DNA of 64,000 nucleotides. Source: Escherichia coli. Lineage in GTDB: Bacteria > Pseudomonadota > Gammaproteobacteria > Enterobacterales > Enterobacteriaceae. Where the stretch lies: NCBI RefSeq assembly GCF_022846255.1, contig NZ_AP025682.1. One strand, given 5' to 3'. The position numbers were made by a program, and so were the translations under genes. Shown here piece by piece: positions 51,904-63,213 of the stretch. The notes beneath the pieces were generated by a model. The model did not search any database. It saw nothing but the letters and a program-made list of their open reading frames with translations, and was not told the origin of the DNA. Position 1 is the stretch's first letter. Every line of letters starts with the position of its first letter.

Positions 51904-51975
51904 ATGGCTGTTTTCGGTTCCGGCAACGAACACAACAAACATAGCCTCACCTGGCATCAAATTTATGAGGAAAAA

Positions 51976-53256
51976 ATGAAATTACTTATTCTGGGCAACC
52001 ACACTTGCGGCAATCGCGGCGACAGCGCCATCTTGCGCGGCTTACTTGATGCCATCAACATCCTCAATCCACACGCCGAAGTGGACGTGATGAGTCGCTA
52101 TCCGGTCAGTTCTTCCTGGCTGCTCAACCGTCCGGTAATGGGCGATCCGCTGTTCCTGCAAATGAAACAACACAACAGCGCGGCGGGCGTGGTTGGGCGC
52201 GTTAAAAAAGTTCTCCGTCGCCGCTACCAGCACCAGGTATTGCTCTCACGCGTCACCGACACTGGCAAGCTGCGTAATATCGCCATCGCCCAGGGATTCA
52301 CCGACTTCGTGCGCCTGCTGTCAGGTTACGACGCCATTATTCAGGTCGGCGGATCGTTTTTTGTCGATCTCTACGGCGTTCCGCAGTTTGAACATGCGCT
52401 TTGCACGTTTATGGCGAAAAAGCCGCTGTTTATGATTGGTCACAGCGTCGGCCCGTTCCAGGATGAGCAATTTAACCAACTGGCGAACTACGTATTCGGT
52501 CACTGCGACGCGCTGATCCTGCGCGAATCGGTCAGCCTTGAACTGATGAAACGCAGCAATATCACCACCGCAAAAGTCGAACATGGCGTCGATACCGCGT
52601 GGCTGGTCGATCACCACACCGAAGACTTCACCGCCAGCTATGCCGTTCAACACTGGCTGGACGTTGCCGCACAACAGAAAACGGTGGCCATTACCCTGCG
52701 CGAACTGGCACCGTTTGACAAACGTCTCGGCACCACCCAACAAGCGTATGAAAAAGCCTTTGCCGGGGTGGTCAATCGCATTCTCGATGAAGGGTATCAG
52801 GTGATTGCGCTCTCCACCTGTACGGGCATCGACAGCTATAACAAAGACGACCGCATGGTGGCGCTCAATCTGCGCCAGCACATCAGCGATCCTGCCCGTT
52901 ACCACGTAGTGATGGATGAACTCAACGATCTGGAAATGGGCAAAATTCTCGGTGCCTGTGAACTCACCGTTGGTACGCGCCTGCACTCTGCCATTATCTC
53001 GATGAACTTTGCCACTCCGGCGATTGCCATCAACTACGAACATAAATCCGCCGGGATCATGCAACAACTGGGGCTACCAGAGATGGCAATTGATATCCGT
53101 CATTTATTAGACGGCAGCCTGCAAGCGATGGTTGCGGATACCTTAGGTCAGCTTCCGGCGCTGAACGCACGACTTAACGAAGCTGTCAGTCGCGAACGTC
53201 AGACGGGAATGCAGATGGTGAAATCTGTGCTTGAACGCATCGGGGAGGCAAAATGA
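51976..53256 (+). CDS. wcaK: colanic acid pyruvyl transferase WcaK
   Basis: 426 aa from ATG at 51976 (MKLLILGNHTCGNRGD...). The supplied ORF start at 51904 is an extension. Confidence 0.9.
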   Translation: MKLLILGNHTCGNRGDSAILRGLLDAINILNPHAEVDVMSRYPVSSSWLLNRPVMGDPLFLQMKQHNSAAGVVGRVKKVLRRRYQHQVLLSRVTDTGKLRNIAIAQGFTDFVRLLSGYDAIIQVGGSFFVDLYGVPQFEHALCTFMAKKPLFMIGHSVGPFQDEQFNQLANYVFGHCDALILRESVSLELMKRSNITTAKVEHGVDTAWLVDHHTEDFTASYAVQHWLDVAAQQKTVAITLRELAPFDKRLGTTQQAYEKAFAGVVNRILDEGYQVIALSTCTGIDSYNKDDRMVALNLRQHISDPARYHVVMDELNDLEMGKILGACELTVGTRLHSAIISMNFATPAIAINYEHKSAGIMQQLGLPEMAIDIRHLLDGSLQAMVADTLGQLPALNARLNEAVSRERQTGMQMVKSVLERIGEAK

Positions 53257-54473
53257 AGGTCGGCTTCTTTTTACTGAAATTTCCGTTGTCGTCGGAAACC
53301 TTCGTCCTCAATCAAATTACCGCGTTTATTGATATGGGCTTTGAAGTGGAGATTGTCGCGCTGCAAAAAGGCGACACACAAAACACCCACGCGGCATGGA
53401 CGAAATACAACCTTGCCGCCAGAACCCGCTGGTTACAGGACGAACCTGCGGGCAAAGTGGCGAAACTGCGCCACCGCGCCAGCCAGACCTTACGCGGCAT
53501 TCATCGTAAAAATACCTGGCAGGCGCTCAACCTCAAACGCTATGGTGCTGAGTCGCGGAACCTGATTTTGTCTGCCATTTGCGGTAAGGTCGCAACACCG
53601 TTTCATGCCGATGTCTTTATCGCTCATTTTGGCCCTGCGGGGGTAACCGCAGCAAAACTACGCGAACTGGGTGTCATTCGCGGCAAAATTGCCACTATCT
53701 TCCACGGTATTGATATCTCCAGTCGGGAGGTGCTCAACCACTACACTCCCGAATATCAGCAACTGTTCCGCCGTGGCGACCTGATGCTACCGATCAGCGA
53801 TCTGTGGGCCGGAAGGCTGCAAAAAATGGGATGCCCGAGGGAAAAAATCGCCGTATCGCGCATGGGCGTGGACATGACGCGCTTTAGCCCGCGTCCGGTG
53901 AAAGCGCCCGCAACACCGCTGGAAATCATTTCCGTCGCACGCTTAACCGAGAAAAAAGGCCTGCATGTGGCGATTGAAGCCTGCCGTCAGTTGAAAGAGC
54001 AGGGCGTGGCATTTCGCTATCGCATCCTCGGCATTGGTCCGTGGGAACGACGCCTGCGCACCCTCATCGAACAATATCAACTGGAAGATGTGGTGGAGAT
54101 GCCGGGCTTTAAACCGAGCCACGAAGTGAAAGCGATGCTAGACGACGCGGATGTCTTCCTGTTGCCATCGGTTACAGGTGCGGATGGCGATATGGAAGGT
54201 ATTCCGGTGGCGCTGATGGAAGCGATGGCGGTCGGTATTCCGGTGGTTTCTACTCTGCATAGCGGAATTCCTGAACTGGTGGAGGCCGATAAATCCGGCT
54301 GGTTGGTGCCTGAGAACGATGCTCGCGCACTGGCGCAACGACTGGCGGCGTTTAGCCAACTGGACACCGACGAACTGGCTCCGGTCGTCAAACGTGCTCG
54401 CGAAAAAGTCGAACACGATTTTAACCAGCAGGTGATCAATCGAGAACTCGCCAGCTTGCTGCAGGCTTTATAG
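53253..54473 (+). CDS. wcaL: colanic acid glycosyltransferase WcaL (GT4 family)
   Basis: 406 aa, [22 protein letters not shown]... Confidence 0.9.
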   Translation: MKVGFFLLKFPLSSETFVLNQITAFIDMGFEVEIVALQKGDTQNTHAAWTKYNLAARTRWLQDEPAGKVAKLRHRASQTLRGIHRKNTWQALNLKRYGAESRNLILSAICGKVATPFHADVFIAHFGPAGVTAAKLRELGVIRGKIATIFHGIDISSREVLNHYTPEYQQLFRRGDLMLPISDLWAGRLQKMGCPREKIAVSRMGVDMTRFSPRPVKAPATPLEIISVARLTEKKGLHVAIEACRQLKEQGVAFRYRILGIGPWERRLRTLIEQYQLEDVVEMPGFKPSHEVKAMLDDADVFLLPSVTGADGDMEGIPVALMEAMAVGIPVVSTLHSGIPELVEADKSGWLVPENDARALAQRLAAFSQLDTDELAPVVKRAREKVEHDFNQQVINRELASLLQAL

Positions 54474-54483
54474 AGGAGAACGC

Positions 54484-55878
54484 ATGCCATTTAAAAAACT
54501 CTCCCGACGCACGTTCCTGACGGCAAGCTCGGTGCTTGCCTTCCTCCATACGCCTTTCGCCCGTGCAATTCCCGCTCAACAAAGCGTTAACATTAACGAC
54601 TACAACCCTCACGACTGGATCGCCTCATTTAAACAAGCCTTCAGCGAAGGGCAAACGGTCGTCGTGCCTGCCGGATTGGTTTGTGACAATATCAACACTG
54701 GCATCTTCATTCCTTCTGGCAAAACGTTACACATCCTCGGAAGCCTGCGCGGCAACGGTAGAGGGCGATTTGTCTTACAGGACGGCAGCCAGGTGACAGG
54801 GGAGGAGGGCGGCAGTATGCATAACATCACCCTGGATGTGCGTGGTTCTGACTGCACCATCAAAGGGCTGGTGATGAGCGGCTTTGGCCCGGTGACGCAG
54901 ATCTATATCGGCGGCAAAAACAAACGGGTCATGCACAACCTGACCATCGATAACCTGACCGTTAGCCACGCTAATTACGCCATCTTACGCCAGGGATTTC
55001 ATAACCAGATAATCGGTGCCAACATCACCAACTGTAAGTTCAGCGACTTACAGGGCGACGCTATTGAATGGAACGTGGCGATTAACGACAGTGATATTTT
55101 GATATCCGACCATCTCATTGAGCGCATTAACTGTACCAACGGCAAAATCAACTGGGGCATCGGCATAGGTCTTGCGGGAAGCACTTATGATAACAACTAC
55201 CCGGAAGACCAGGCAGTGAAAAACTTTGTCGTGGCGAATATCACGGGATCGGATTGTCGGCAACTGATCCATGTTGAAAATGGTAAACATTTTGTTATTC
55301 GTAATATCAAAGCCCGTAATATCACGCCGGATTTCAGTAAGAAAGCAGGTATTGATAACGCCACAGTTGCTATTTATGGTTGTGACAACTTTGTGATTGA
55401 TAATATTGAAATGATTAATAGTGCCGGGATGTTAATCGGCTATGGGGTAATTAAAGGCAAATATCTCTCGATACCGCAGAATTTCCGAGTGAATGATATT
55501 CAACTGGATAATACTCATCTTGCTTATAAATTGCGCGGCATTCAAATCTCCGCCGGGAATGCTGTCTCCTTTGTGGCGCTGACTAACATTGAGATGAAGC
55601 GTGCGTCGCTTGAGCTACACAACAAACCGCAACATCTTTTTATGCGCAATATCAATGTGATGCAGGAATCCTCAGTTGGACCCGCATTGAGCATGAACTT
55701 TGACATGCGCAAAGACGTTCGAGGCGTTTTTATGGCGAAAAAAGAAACACTGCTGTCTCTTGCAAATGTTCATGCGGTGAATGAAAAAGGACAAAGCTCC
55801 GTCGATATCGACAGGATTAATCACCATATTGTTAATGTGGCAAAGATTAACTTTAGATTGCCGGAACGGAGAGAGTAG
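54484..55878 (+). CDS. wcaM: colanic acid biosynthesis protein WcaM (secreted beta-helix-like protein)
   Basis: 464 aa with an N-terminal signal peptide; last gene of the cluster. Confidence 0.88.
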   Translation: MPFKKLSRRTFLTASSVLAFLHTPFARAIPAQQSVNINDYNPHDWIASFKQAFSEGQTVVVPAGLVCDNINTGIFIPSGKTLHILGSLRGNGRGRFVLQDGSQVTGEEGGSMHNITLDVRGSDCTIKGLVMSGFGPVTQIYIGGKNKRVMHNLTIDNLTVSHANYAILRQGFHNQIIGANITNCKFSDLQGDAIEWNVAINDSDILISDHLIERINCTNGKINWGIGIGLAGSTYDNNYPEDQAVKNFVVANITGSDCRQLIHVENGKHFVIRNIKARNITPDFSKKAGIDNATVAIYGCDNFVIDNIEMINSAGMLIGYGVIKGKYLSIPQNFRVNDIQLDNTHLAYKLRGIQISAGNAVSFVALTNIEMKRASLELHNKPQHLFMRNINVMQESSVGPALSMNFDMRKDVRGVFMAKKETLLSLANVHAVNEKGQSSVDIDRINHHIVNVAKINFRLPERRE

Positions 55879-56052
55879 ATTTGCGACCATTCCTGGAAAA
55901 ATGGAGCCATACTTAGGAACAATGCTACTGCAATCCACAACGAAGCGGCGTAACATCACAAGTAATTCAGTAATCAATTCAGGGTAATTGATGCTGGCGA
56001 AAAAAATCGAACAAGCTATAATTCAGCAACCATTTTACAGGTGGATGAAATA

Positions 56053-56946
56053 ATGACGAATTTAAAAGCAGTTATTCCTGTAGCGGGTCTTGGGATGCAT
56101 ATGTTGCCTGCCACTAAGGCGATTCCCAAAGAGATGCTACCGATCGTCGACAAGCCAATGATTCAGTACATCGTTGACGAGATTGTGGCTGCAGGGATCA
56201 AAGAAATCCTCCTGGTAACTCACGCTTCCAAGAACGCGGTCGAAAACCACTTCGACACCTCTTATGAATTAGAATCTCTCCTTGAACAGCGCGTGAAGCG
56301 TCAACTGCTGGCGGAAGTACAGTCCATTTGCCCGCCGGGCGTGACAATTATGAACGTGCGTCAGGGCGAACCTTTAGGTTTGGGCCACTCCATTTTATGT
56401 GCACGACCTGCCATTGGTGACAATCCATTTGTCGTGGTGCTGCCAGACGTTGTGATCGACGACGCCAGCGCCGACCCGCTGCGCTACAACCTTGCTGCCA
56501 TGATTGCGCGCTTCAACGAAACGGGCCGCAGCCAGGTGCTGGCAAAACGTATGCCGGGTGACCTCTCTGAATACTCTGTCATCCAGACCAAAGAGCCGCT
56601 GGACCGCGAAGGTAAAGTCAGCCGCATTGTTGAATTCATCGAAAAACCGGATCAGCCGCAGACGCTGGACTCAGACATCATGGCCGTTGGTCGCTATGTG
56701 CTTTCTGCCGATATTTGGCCGGAACTTGAACGCACTCAGCCTGGTGCATGGGGGCGTATTCAGCTGACTGATGCCATTGCCGAACTGGCGAAAAAACAGT
56801 CCGTTGATGCCATGCTGATGACCGGCGACAGCTACGACTGCGGTAAAAAAATGGGTTATATGCAAGCGTTCGTGAAGTATGGACTACGCAACCTCAAAGA
56901 AGGGGCGAAGTTCCGTAAAGGGATTGAGAAGCTGTTAAGCGAATAA
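56053..56946 (+). CDS. galF: UTP-glucose-1-phosphate uridylyltransferase regulatory subunit GalF
   Basis: 297 aa from ATG at 56053 ([32 protein letters not shown]...). Confidence 0.93.
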   Translation: MTNLKAVIPVAGLGMHMLPATKAIPKEMLPIVDKPMIQYIVDEIVAAGIKEILLVTHASKNAVENHFDTSYELESLLEQRVKRQLLAEVQSICPPGVTIMNVRQGEPLGLGHSILCARPAIGDNPFVVVLPDVVIDDASADPLRYNLAAMIARFNETGRSQVLAKRMPGDLSEYSVIQTKEPLDREGKVSRIVEFIEKPDQPQTLDSDIMAVGRYVLSADIWPELERTQPGAWGRIQLTDAIAELAKKQSVDAMLMTGDSYDCGKKMGYMQAFVKYGLRNLKEGAKFRKGIEKLLSE

Positions 56947-57204
56947 TGAAAATCTGACCGGATGTAACGGTTGATAAGAAAATTATAACGGCAGTGAAGA
57001 TTAGCGGCGAAAGTAATTTGTTGCGAATTTTCCTGCCGTTGTTTTATATAAACAATCAGAATAACAACGACTTAGCAATAGGATTTTAGTCAAAGTTTTC
57101 CAGGATTTTCCTTGTTTCCAGAGCGGATTGGTAAGACAATTAGCGCTTGAATTTTTCGAGTTAAGCGCGAGTGGGTAACGCTCGTCACATCGTAGGAATG
57201 CATG

Positions 57205-57243
57205 CAGTGCTCTGGTAGCTGTAAAGCCAGGGGCGGTAGCGTG
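57205..57243 (+). promoter_or_regulatory. JUMPstart element with ops site (GGCGGTAGCGTG at 57232-57243) in the O-antigen operon leader
   Basis: Exact ops consensus preceded by GGTAGC, about 75 bp upstream of rmlB; the same 30-nt core (agccaggggcggtagcgtg) as the cps leader copy. Confidence 0.75.
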
Positions 57244-57318
57244 CATTAATACCTCTATTAATCAAACTGAGAGCCGCTTATTTCACAGCATGCTCTGAAG
57301 TAATATGGAATAAATTAA

Positions 57319-58404
57319 GTGAAGATACTTGTTACTGGGGGCGCAGGATTTATTGGTTCTGCTGTAGTTCGTCACATTATAAATAATACGCAGGATAGTG
57401 TTGTTAATGTCGATAAATTAACGTACGCCGGAAACCTGGAATCACTTGCTGATGTTTCTGACTCTGAACGCTATGTTTTTGAACATGCGGATATTTGCGA
57501 TGCTGCTGCAATGGCGCGGATTTTTGCTCAGCATCAGCCGGATGCAGTGATGCACCTGGCTGCTGAAAGCCATGTGGATCGTTCAATTACAGGCCCTGCG
57601 GCATTTATTGAAACCAATATTGTTGGTACTTATGTCCTTTTGGAAGCGGCTCGCAATTACTGGTCTGCTCTTGATGGCGACAAGAAAAATAGCTTCCGTT
57701 TTCATCATATTTCTACTGACGAAGTCTATGGTGATTTGCCTCATCCTGACGAAGTAAATAATAAAGAACAATTACCCCTCTTTACTGAGACGACAGCTTA
57801 CGCGCCTAGTAGTCCTTATTCCGCATCAAAAGCATCCAGCGATCATTTAGTCCGCGCGTGGAAACGTACCTATGGTTTACCGACTATTGTGACTAACTGT
57901 TCGAATAACTACGGTCCTTATCACTTTCCGGAAAAATTGATTCCACTAGTAATTCTTAATGCTCTGGAAGGTAAGGCATTACCTATTTATGGCAAAGGGG
58001 ATCAAATTCGTGACTGGCTGTATGTTGAAGATCATGCGCGTGCGTTATATACCGTAGTTACTGAAGGTCAAGCGGGTGAAACCTATAACATTGGCGGACA
58101 CAACGAAAAGAAAAACATCGATGTTGTGCTGACTATTTGTGATTTGTTGGACGAGATAGTCCCGAAAGAGAAATCTTATCGTGAGCAAATTACTTATGTT
58201 GCTGATCGCCCAGGGCATGATCGCCGTTATGCGATTGATGCTGAGAAGATTGGTCGCGAATTGGGATGGAAACCACAGGAAACGTTTGAGAGTGGGATTC
58301 GTAAAACGGTGGAATGGTATTTGGCTAATGCAAAATGGGTTGATAATGTGAAAAGTGGTGCCTATCAATCGTGGATTGAACAGAACTATGAGGGCCGCCA
58401 GTAA
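57319..58404 (+). CDS. rmlB: dTDP-glucose 4,6-dehydratase
   Basis: 361 aa, GTG start, (M)[20 protein letters not shown]...; SDR family. Confidence 0.93.
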   Translation: MKILVTGGAGFIGSAVVRHIINNTQDSVVNVDKLTYAGNLESLADVSDSERYVFEHADICDAAAMARIFAQHQPDAVMHLAAESHVDRSITGPAAFIETNIVGTYVLLEAARNYWSALDGDKKNSFRFHHISTDEVYGDLPHPDEVNNKEQLPLFTETTAYAPSSPYSASKASSDHLVRAWKRTYGLPTIVTNCSNNYGPYHFPEKLIPLVILNALEGKALPIYGKGDQIRDWLYVEDHARALYTVVTEGQAGETYNIGGHNEKKNIDVVLTICDLLDEIVPKEKSYREQITYVADRPGHDRRYAIDAEKIGRELGWKPQETFESGIRKTVEWYLANAKWVDNVKSGAYQSWIEQNYEGRQ

Positions 58405-59303
58405 TGAATATCCTCCTTTTTGGCAAAACAGGGCAGGTAGGTTGGGAACTACAGCGTGCTCTGGCACCTCTGGGTAATTTGATTGCTCTTGATGTTCACT
58501 CCACTGATTACTGTGGTGATTTTAGTAACCCTGAAGGTGTGGCTGAAACAGTCAAAAGAATTCGACCTGATGTTATTGTTAATGCTGCGGCTCACACCGC
58601 AGTAGATAAGGCTGAGTCAGAACCCGAATTTGCACAATTACTCAATGCGACTAGCGTTGAATCAATTGCAAAAGCGGCAAATGAAGTTGGGGCTTGGGTA
58701 ATTCATTACTCAACTGACTACGTATTCCCTGGAAATGGCGACACGCCATGGCTGGAGATGGATGCAACCGCACCGCTAAATGTTTACGGTGAAACCAAGT
58801 TAGCTGGAGAAAAAGCATTACAAGAGCATTGTGCGAAGCACCTAATTTTCCGTACCAGCTGGGTCTATGCAGGTAAAGGAAATAATTTCGCCAAAACGAT
58901 GTTGCGTCTGGCAAAAGAGCGTGAAGAACTAGCCGTTATTAATGATCAGTTTGGTGCGCCAACAGGTGCTGAACTGCTGGCTGATTGTACGGCACATGCC
59001 ATTCGTGTCGCACTGAATAAACCGGATGTCGCAGGCTTGTACCATTTGGTAGCCAGTGGTACCACAACCTGGTACGATTATGCTGCGCTGGTTTTTGAAG
59101 AGGCGCGCAATGCAGGCATTCCTCTTGCACTCAACAAGCTCAACGCAGTACCAACAACTGCCTATCCTACACCAGCTCGTCGTCCACATAACTCTCGCCT
59201 TAATACAGAAAAATTTCAGCAGAATTTTGCGCTTGTATTGCCTGACTGGCAGGTTGGTGTGAAACGCATGCTCAACGAATTATTTACGACTACAGCAATT
59301 TAA
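58404..59303 (+). CDS. rmlD: dTDP-4-dehydrorhamnose reductase
   Basis: 299 aa, [20 protein letters not shown]... Confidence 0.93.
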   Translation: MNILLFGKTGQVGWELQRALAPLGNLIALDVHSTDYCGDFSNPEGVAETVKRIRPDVIVNAAAHTAVDKAESEPEFAQLLNATSVESIAKAANEVGAWVIHYSTDYVFPGNGDTPWLEMDATAPLNVYGETKLAGEKALQEHCAKHLIFRTSWVYAGKGNNFAKTMLRLAKEREELAVINDQFGAPTGAELLADCTAHAIRVALNKPDVAGLYHLVASGTTTWYDYAALVFEEARNAGIPLALNKLNAVPTTAYPTPARRPHNSRLNTEKFQQNFALVLPDWQVGVKRMLNELFTTTAI

Positions 59304-59360
59304 TAGTTTTTGCATCTTGTTCGTGATGGTGGAGCAAGATGAATTAAAAGGAATGATGAA

Positions 59361-60239
59361 ATGAAAACGCGTAAAGGTATTATTTTAGCGGGTGGTTCTG
59401 GTACTCGTCTTTATCCTGTGACTATGGTCGTCAGTAAACAGCTATTACCTATATATGATAAACCGATGATCTATTATCCGCTTTCTACACTGATGTTAGC
59501 GGGTATTCGCGATATTCTGATTATTAGTACGCCACAGGATACTCCTCGTTTTCAACAACTGCTGGGTGACGGTAGCCAGTGGGGCCTGAATCTTCAGTAC
59601 AAAGTGCAACCGAGTCCGGATGGTCTTGCGCAGGCATTTATTATCGGTGAAGAGTTTATTGGTGGTGATGATTGTGCTTTGGTACTTGGTGATAATATCT
59701 TCTACGGTCACGACCTGCCTAAGTTAATGGATGCCGCTGTTAACAAAGAAAGTGGTGCAACGGTATTTGCCTATCACGTTAATGATCCTGAACGCTATGG
59801 TGTCGTTGAGTTTGATAAAAACGGTACGGCGATCAGCCTGGAAGAAAAACCGCTACAACCAAAAAGTAATTATGCGGTAACCGGGCTTTATTTTTATGAT
59901 AACGACGTTGTCGAAATGGCGAAAAATCTTAAGCCTTCTGCCCGCGGTGAACTGGAAATTACCGATATTAACCGTATCTATATGGAACAAGGGCGTTTAT
60001 CTGTTGCCATGATGGGGCGTGGTTATGCGTGGTTAGACACGGGGACACATCAGAGCCTGATTGAGGCAAGCAACTTTATTGCAACAATTGAAGAGCGTCA
60101 GGGGCTGAAAGTTTCCTGCCCGGAAGAAATTGCTTACCGTAAAGGGTTTGTTGATGCTGAGCAGGTGAAAGTATTAGCTGAACCTCTGAAAAAAAATGCT
60201 TATGGTCAGTATCTGCTGAAAATGATTAAAGGTTATTAA
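59361..60239 (+). CDS. rmlA: glucose-1-phosphate thymidylyltransferase
   Basis: 292 aa, [21 protein letters not shown]... Confidence 0.95.
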   Translation: MKTRKGIILAGGSGTRLYPVTMVVSKQLLPIYDKPMIYYPLSTLMLAGIRDILIISTPQDTPRFQQLLGDGSQWGLNLQYKVQPSPDGLAQAFIIGEEFIGGDDCALVLGDNIFYGHDLPKLMDAAVNKESGATVFAYHVNDPERYGVVEFDKNGTAISLEEKPLQPKSNYAVTGLYFYDNDVVEMAKNLKPSARGELEITDINRIYMEQGRLSVAMMGRGYAWLDTGTHQSLIEASNFIATIEERQGLKVSCPEEIAYRKGFVDAEQVKVLAEPLKKNAYGQYLLKMIKGY

Positions 60240-60243
60240 TAAA

Positions 60244-60792
60244 ATGAACGTAATTAAAACAGAAATTCCTGATGTACTGATTTTTGAACCGAAAGTTTTT
60301 GGTGATGAGCGTGGTTTCTTTTTTGAGAGCTTTAACCAGAAGGTTTTTGAGGAAGCTGTAGGCCGCAAAGTTGAATTTGTTCAGGATAACCATTCGAAGT
60401 CTAGTAAAGGTGTTTTACGCGGGCTGCATTATCAGTTGGAACCTTATGCACAAGGAAAATTGGTGCGTTGCGTTGTCGGTGAAGTTTTTGACGTAGCTGT
60501 TGATATTCGTAAATCGTCATCGACTTTTGGCAAATGGGTTGGGGTGAATTTATCTGCTGAGAATAAGCGGCAATTGTGGATTCCTGAGGGATTTGCACAT
60601 GGTTTTTTAGTGCTGAGTGAGACGGCGGAGTTTTTGTATAAGACGACAAATTATTATCATCCTCAGAGTGATAGAGGAATAAAATGGGATGATCCAAGTA
60701 TCAATATTTCATGGCCAGTCGATTCACAAGTGCTGCTATCAGCTAAAGATAATAAGCATCCTCCATTAACAAAGATTGAAATGTATAGTTAA
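60244..60792 (+). CDS. rmlC: dTDP-4-dehydrorhamnose 3,5-epimerase
   Basis: 182 aa cupin-fold RmlC (…GLHYQLEPYAQGKLVRCVVGEVFDVAVDIRK…). Confidence 0.93.
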   Translation: MNVIKTEIPDVLIFEPKVFGDERGFFFESFNQKVFEEAVGRKVEFVQDNHSKSSKGVLRGLHYQLEPYAQGKLVRCVVGEVFDVAVDIRKSSSTFGKWVGVNLSAENKRQLWIPEGFAHGFLVLSETAEFLYKTTNYYHPQSDRGIKWDDPSINISWPVDSQVLLSAKDNKHPPLTKIEMYS

Positions 60793-60823
60793 GATCACGA
60801 TAAATCTTGGAAGGGTTGCAAAA

Positions 60824-62062
60824 TTGAATAAAATAGTGAGCAAAAGTGAAATAAGGAACGTAATCCACAATGCTGGCTATATGATGATTACTCAGATAGC
60901 TTTATATGTTGCACCATTATTTATACTGAGTTATCTGTTAAAAACACTGGGGGTTGCACAGTTTGGTAATTATGCCTTAATACTATCAATCGTTGCATAT
61001 TTACAGATTATAACGGATTATGGTTTTTCTTTTAGTGCAAGTCGTGCGATCTCACAGAATAGAGAGGACAAAGAATATATATCAAAAATTTATCTGTCAA
61101 CTATGACTATCAAGTTGGCGATATGCGCTTTCTTATTCTTATTGCTCATGCTATTTTTAAATCTTTTGCCTGTGCAAGCTGAATTAAAACAAGGAATATT
61201 ATATGGATATCTTCTTGTAATAGGAAATACTTTCCAACCACAATGGTTTTTCCAAGGTATCGAAAAATTAAAAATCATAGCCCTTTCTAATGTTATATCA
61301 AGATGCGCCGCGTGTTTACTTGTATTTATCTATGTGAGGAATAGCGAGGATTTACAAAAAGCACTTTTAGTACAGTCACTTCCATTAGTAATTTCTGCGA
61401 TTGGATTAAATATATTTATATTGAAATATATCAATATTATTTTTCCGGAAAAAAAATTATTTAAGGTAATTTTAAAAGAAGGTAAGGATTTTTTTCTTGC
61501 ATCACTTTATTCTGTTATTCTCAATAATAGTGGCATTTTTCTATTAGGGATTTTTACTAATCCTGTTATTGTTGGTGTATATGCCGCCGCTGAAAAGATA
61601 GTCAAGGCCGTATTGTCGCTATTTACACCACTGACGCAAGCTATATATCCTTATAATTGTCGTAAGTTTTCACTATCCGTATTTGACGGCATTGAGGCAG
61701 CAAAAAAAACTGGTATACCAATTATAATTTTAGCATTTATAGCTGCTGTTATCGTTGCAATTACCTTACCTGTTGCAATCGACTATCTTAATTTTCCAAA
61801 AGAAACAATTTTTGTAGGTCAAATATTAAGTGCATGGATCTTTTTTGGTGTTCTTAATAATGTATTCGGCATTCAGATATTGAGTGCATCAGGAAGAAGT
61901 AAAATATATAGTAGGATGGTATTCGTATCAGCGCTTATAACATTACTTTTGATTACTCTATTATTGCAGTTTTGTAACGCCACTGGAGTGGCATGTGCAA
62001 TATTATTGGGTGAAATGTTCTTATCAATATTGTTACTTAAGCGATATAAAAAAATAATTTAA
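60824..62062 (+). CDS. wzx: O-antigen flippase Wzx (start codon uncertain: TTG at 60824 or ATG at 60881)
   Basis: Very AT-rich, polytopic membrane protein of about 395-410 aa directly after rmlC. The supplied ORF begins at 60776, overlapping rmlC. A ggaagg RBS precedes TTG 60824. Confidence 0.75.
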   Translation: MNKIVSKSEIRNVIHNAGYMMITQIALYVAPLFILSYLLKTLGVAQFGNYALILSIVAYLQIITDYGFSFSASRAISQNREDKEYISKIYLSTMTIKLAICAFLFLLLMLFLNLLPVQAELKQGILYGYLLVIGNTFQPQWFFQGIEKLKIIALSNVISRCAACLLVFIYVRNSEDLQKALLVQSLPLVISAIGLNIFILKYINIIFPEKKLFKVILKEGKDFFLASLYSVILNNSGIFLLGIFTNPVIVGVYAAAEKIVKAVLSLFTPLTQAIYPYNCRKFSLSVFDGIEAAKKTGIPIIILAFIAAVIVAITLPVAIDYLNFPKETIFVGQILSAWIFFGVLNNVFGIQILSASGRSKIYSRMVFVSALITLLLITLLLQFCNATGVACAILLGEMFLSILLLKRYKKII

Positions 62063-62071
62063 GGAATAGTT

Positions 62072-63199
62072 ATGAAGAAGTTATTATTAGTGTTCGGTAC
62101 TAGGCCTGAAGCAATAAAGATGGCCTCTATCATTGAATTATTAAAAAAAGATTGTAGATTCGAATATAAAATATGTGTGACAGGCCAACATAAAGAGATG
62201 CTTGATCAAGTTATGCAAGTATTTGATGTTAAACCTGATTATAATTTACGGATTATGCAGCCTGGGCAAACATTAGTATCTGTAGCAACAAATATACTCT
62301 CACGGTTAAGTGAAGTTTTAATTATAGAAAAGCCAGATATTATACTTGTGCATGGGGATACAACGACTACCCTTGCTGCTACTTTAGCTGGGTATTACCA
62401 CCAAATAAAAGTTTGTCATGTGGAAGCAGGATTAAGAACAGGGGATATTTACTCTCCTTGGCCTGAAGAGGGCAATCGTAAAGTTACAGGGGCATTAGCA
62501 TGTATTCATTTCGCCCCAACAGAGAGATCAAAAGATAATCTCCTGAGGGAGGGGGTCAAAGTAAATAATATATTTGTAACGGGTAATACCGTCATCGACT
62601 CTTTATTTATTGCAAAAGATATCATAGATAATGACCCTAATATAAAGAACGCTTTACATAATAAATTTAATTTTCTTGATAAAAGCCGACGAGTAGTACT
62701 TATAACAGGTCATCGAAGAGAAAATTTCGGGAAAGGTTTTGAAGATATATGCTTTGCAATAAAGGAATTAGCTTTCATTTATCCTAATGTAGATTTTATT
62801 TATCCGGTGCATCTTAATCCCAATGTAATGGAACCAGTACATCGTATATTAGATAATATATGTAATATTTACCTTATTGAGCCCTTGGATTATTTGCCTT
62901 TTGTTTATTTAATGAATGAGTCATATTTAATATTGACTGATTCAGGGGGGATACAAGAAGAAGCGCCTTCGTTAGGTAAACCGGTTTTGGTTATGCGTGA
63001 TACTACTGAACGCCCTGAGGCGGTTGAGGCTGGTACTGTTGTATTAGTGGGGACTTCTAAGATAAAAATAGTAAATAAAGTAACGGAGCTATTAAACAAT
63101 GCTGATATCTACAATGCTATGTCTCTGTTACATAATCCATATGGCGATGGAACAGCTGCTCAAAAAATTCTTAATGTGCTCGCCCAAGAGCTAATTTAA
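62072..63199 (+). CDS. UDP-N-acetylglucosamine 2-epimerase (non-hydrolysing, WecB/MnaA-like)
   Basis: 375 aa, MKKLLLVFGTRPEAIKMASII... and the HVEAGLRT and DSGGIQEEAPSLGKPVLVMRDTTERPE motifs typical of the WecB family. Confidence 0.85.
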   Translation: MKKLLLVFGTRPEAIKMASIIELLKKDCRFEYKICVTGQHKEMLDQVMQVFDVKPDYNLRIMQPGQTLVSVATNILSRLSEVLIIEKPDIILVHGDTTTTLAATLAGYYHQIKVCHVEAGLRTGDIYSPWPEEGNRKVTGALACIHFAPTERSKDNLLREGVKVNNIFVTGNTVIDSLFIAKDIIDNDPNIKNALHNKFNFLDKSRRVVLITGHRRENFGKGFEDICFAIKELAFIYPNVDFIYPVHLNPNVMEPVHRILDNICNIYLIEPLDYLPFVYLMNESYLILTDSGGIQEEAPSLGKPVLVMRDTTERPEAVEAGTVVLVGTSKIKIVNKVTELLNNADIYNAMSLLHNPYGDGTAAQKILNVLAQELI

Positions 63200-63213
63200 T
63201 TTAAGCTAAAAAT

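Noticed and set aside
52321-53067. 248-aa ORF on the minus strand
   Set aside because: Lies antisense within wcaK; shadow ORF.
57001-57246. 81-aa ORF on the minus strand between galF and rmlB
   Set aside because: It overlaps the JUMPstart/ops element and the O-antigen promoter region and has no coding-like features.
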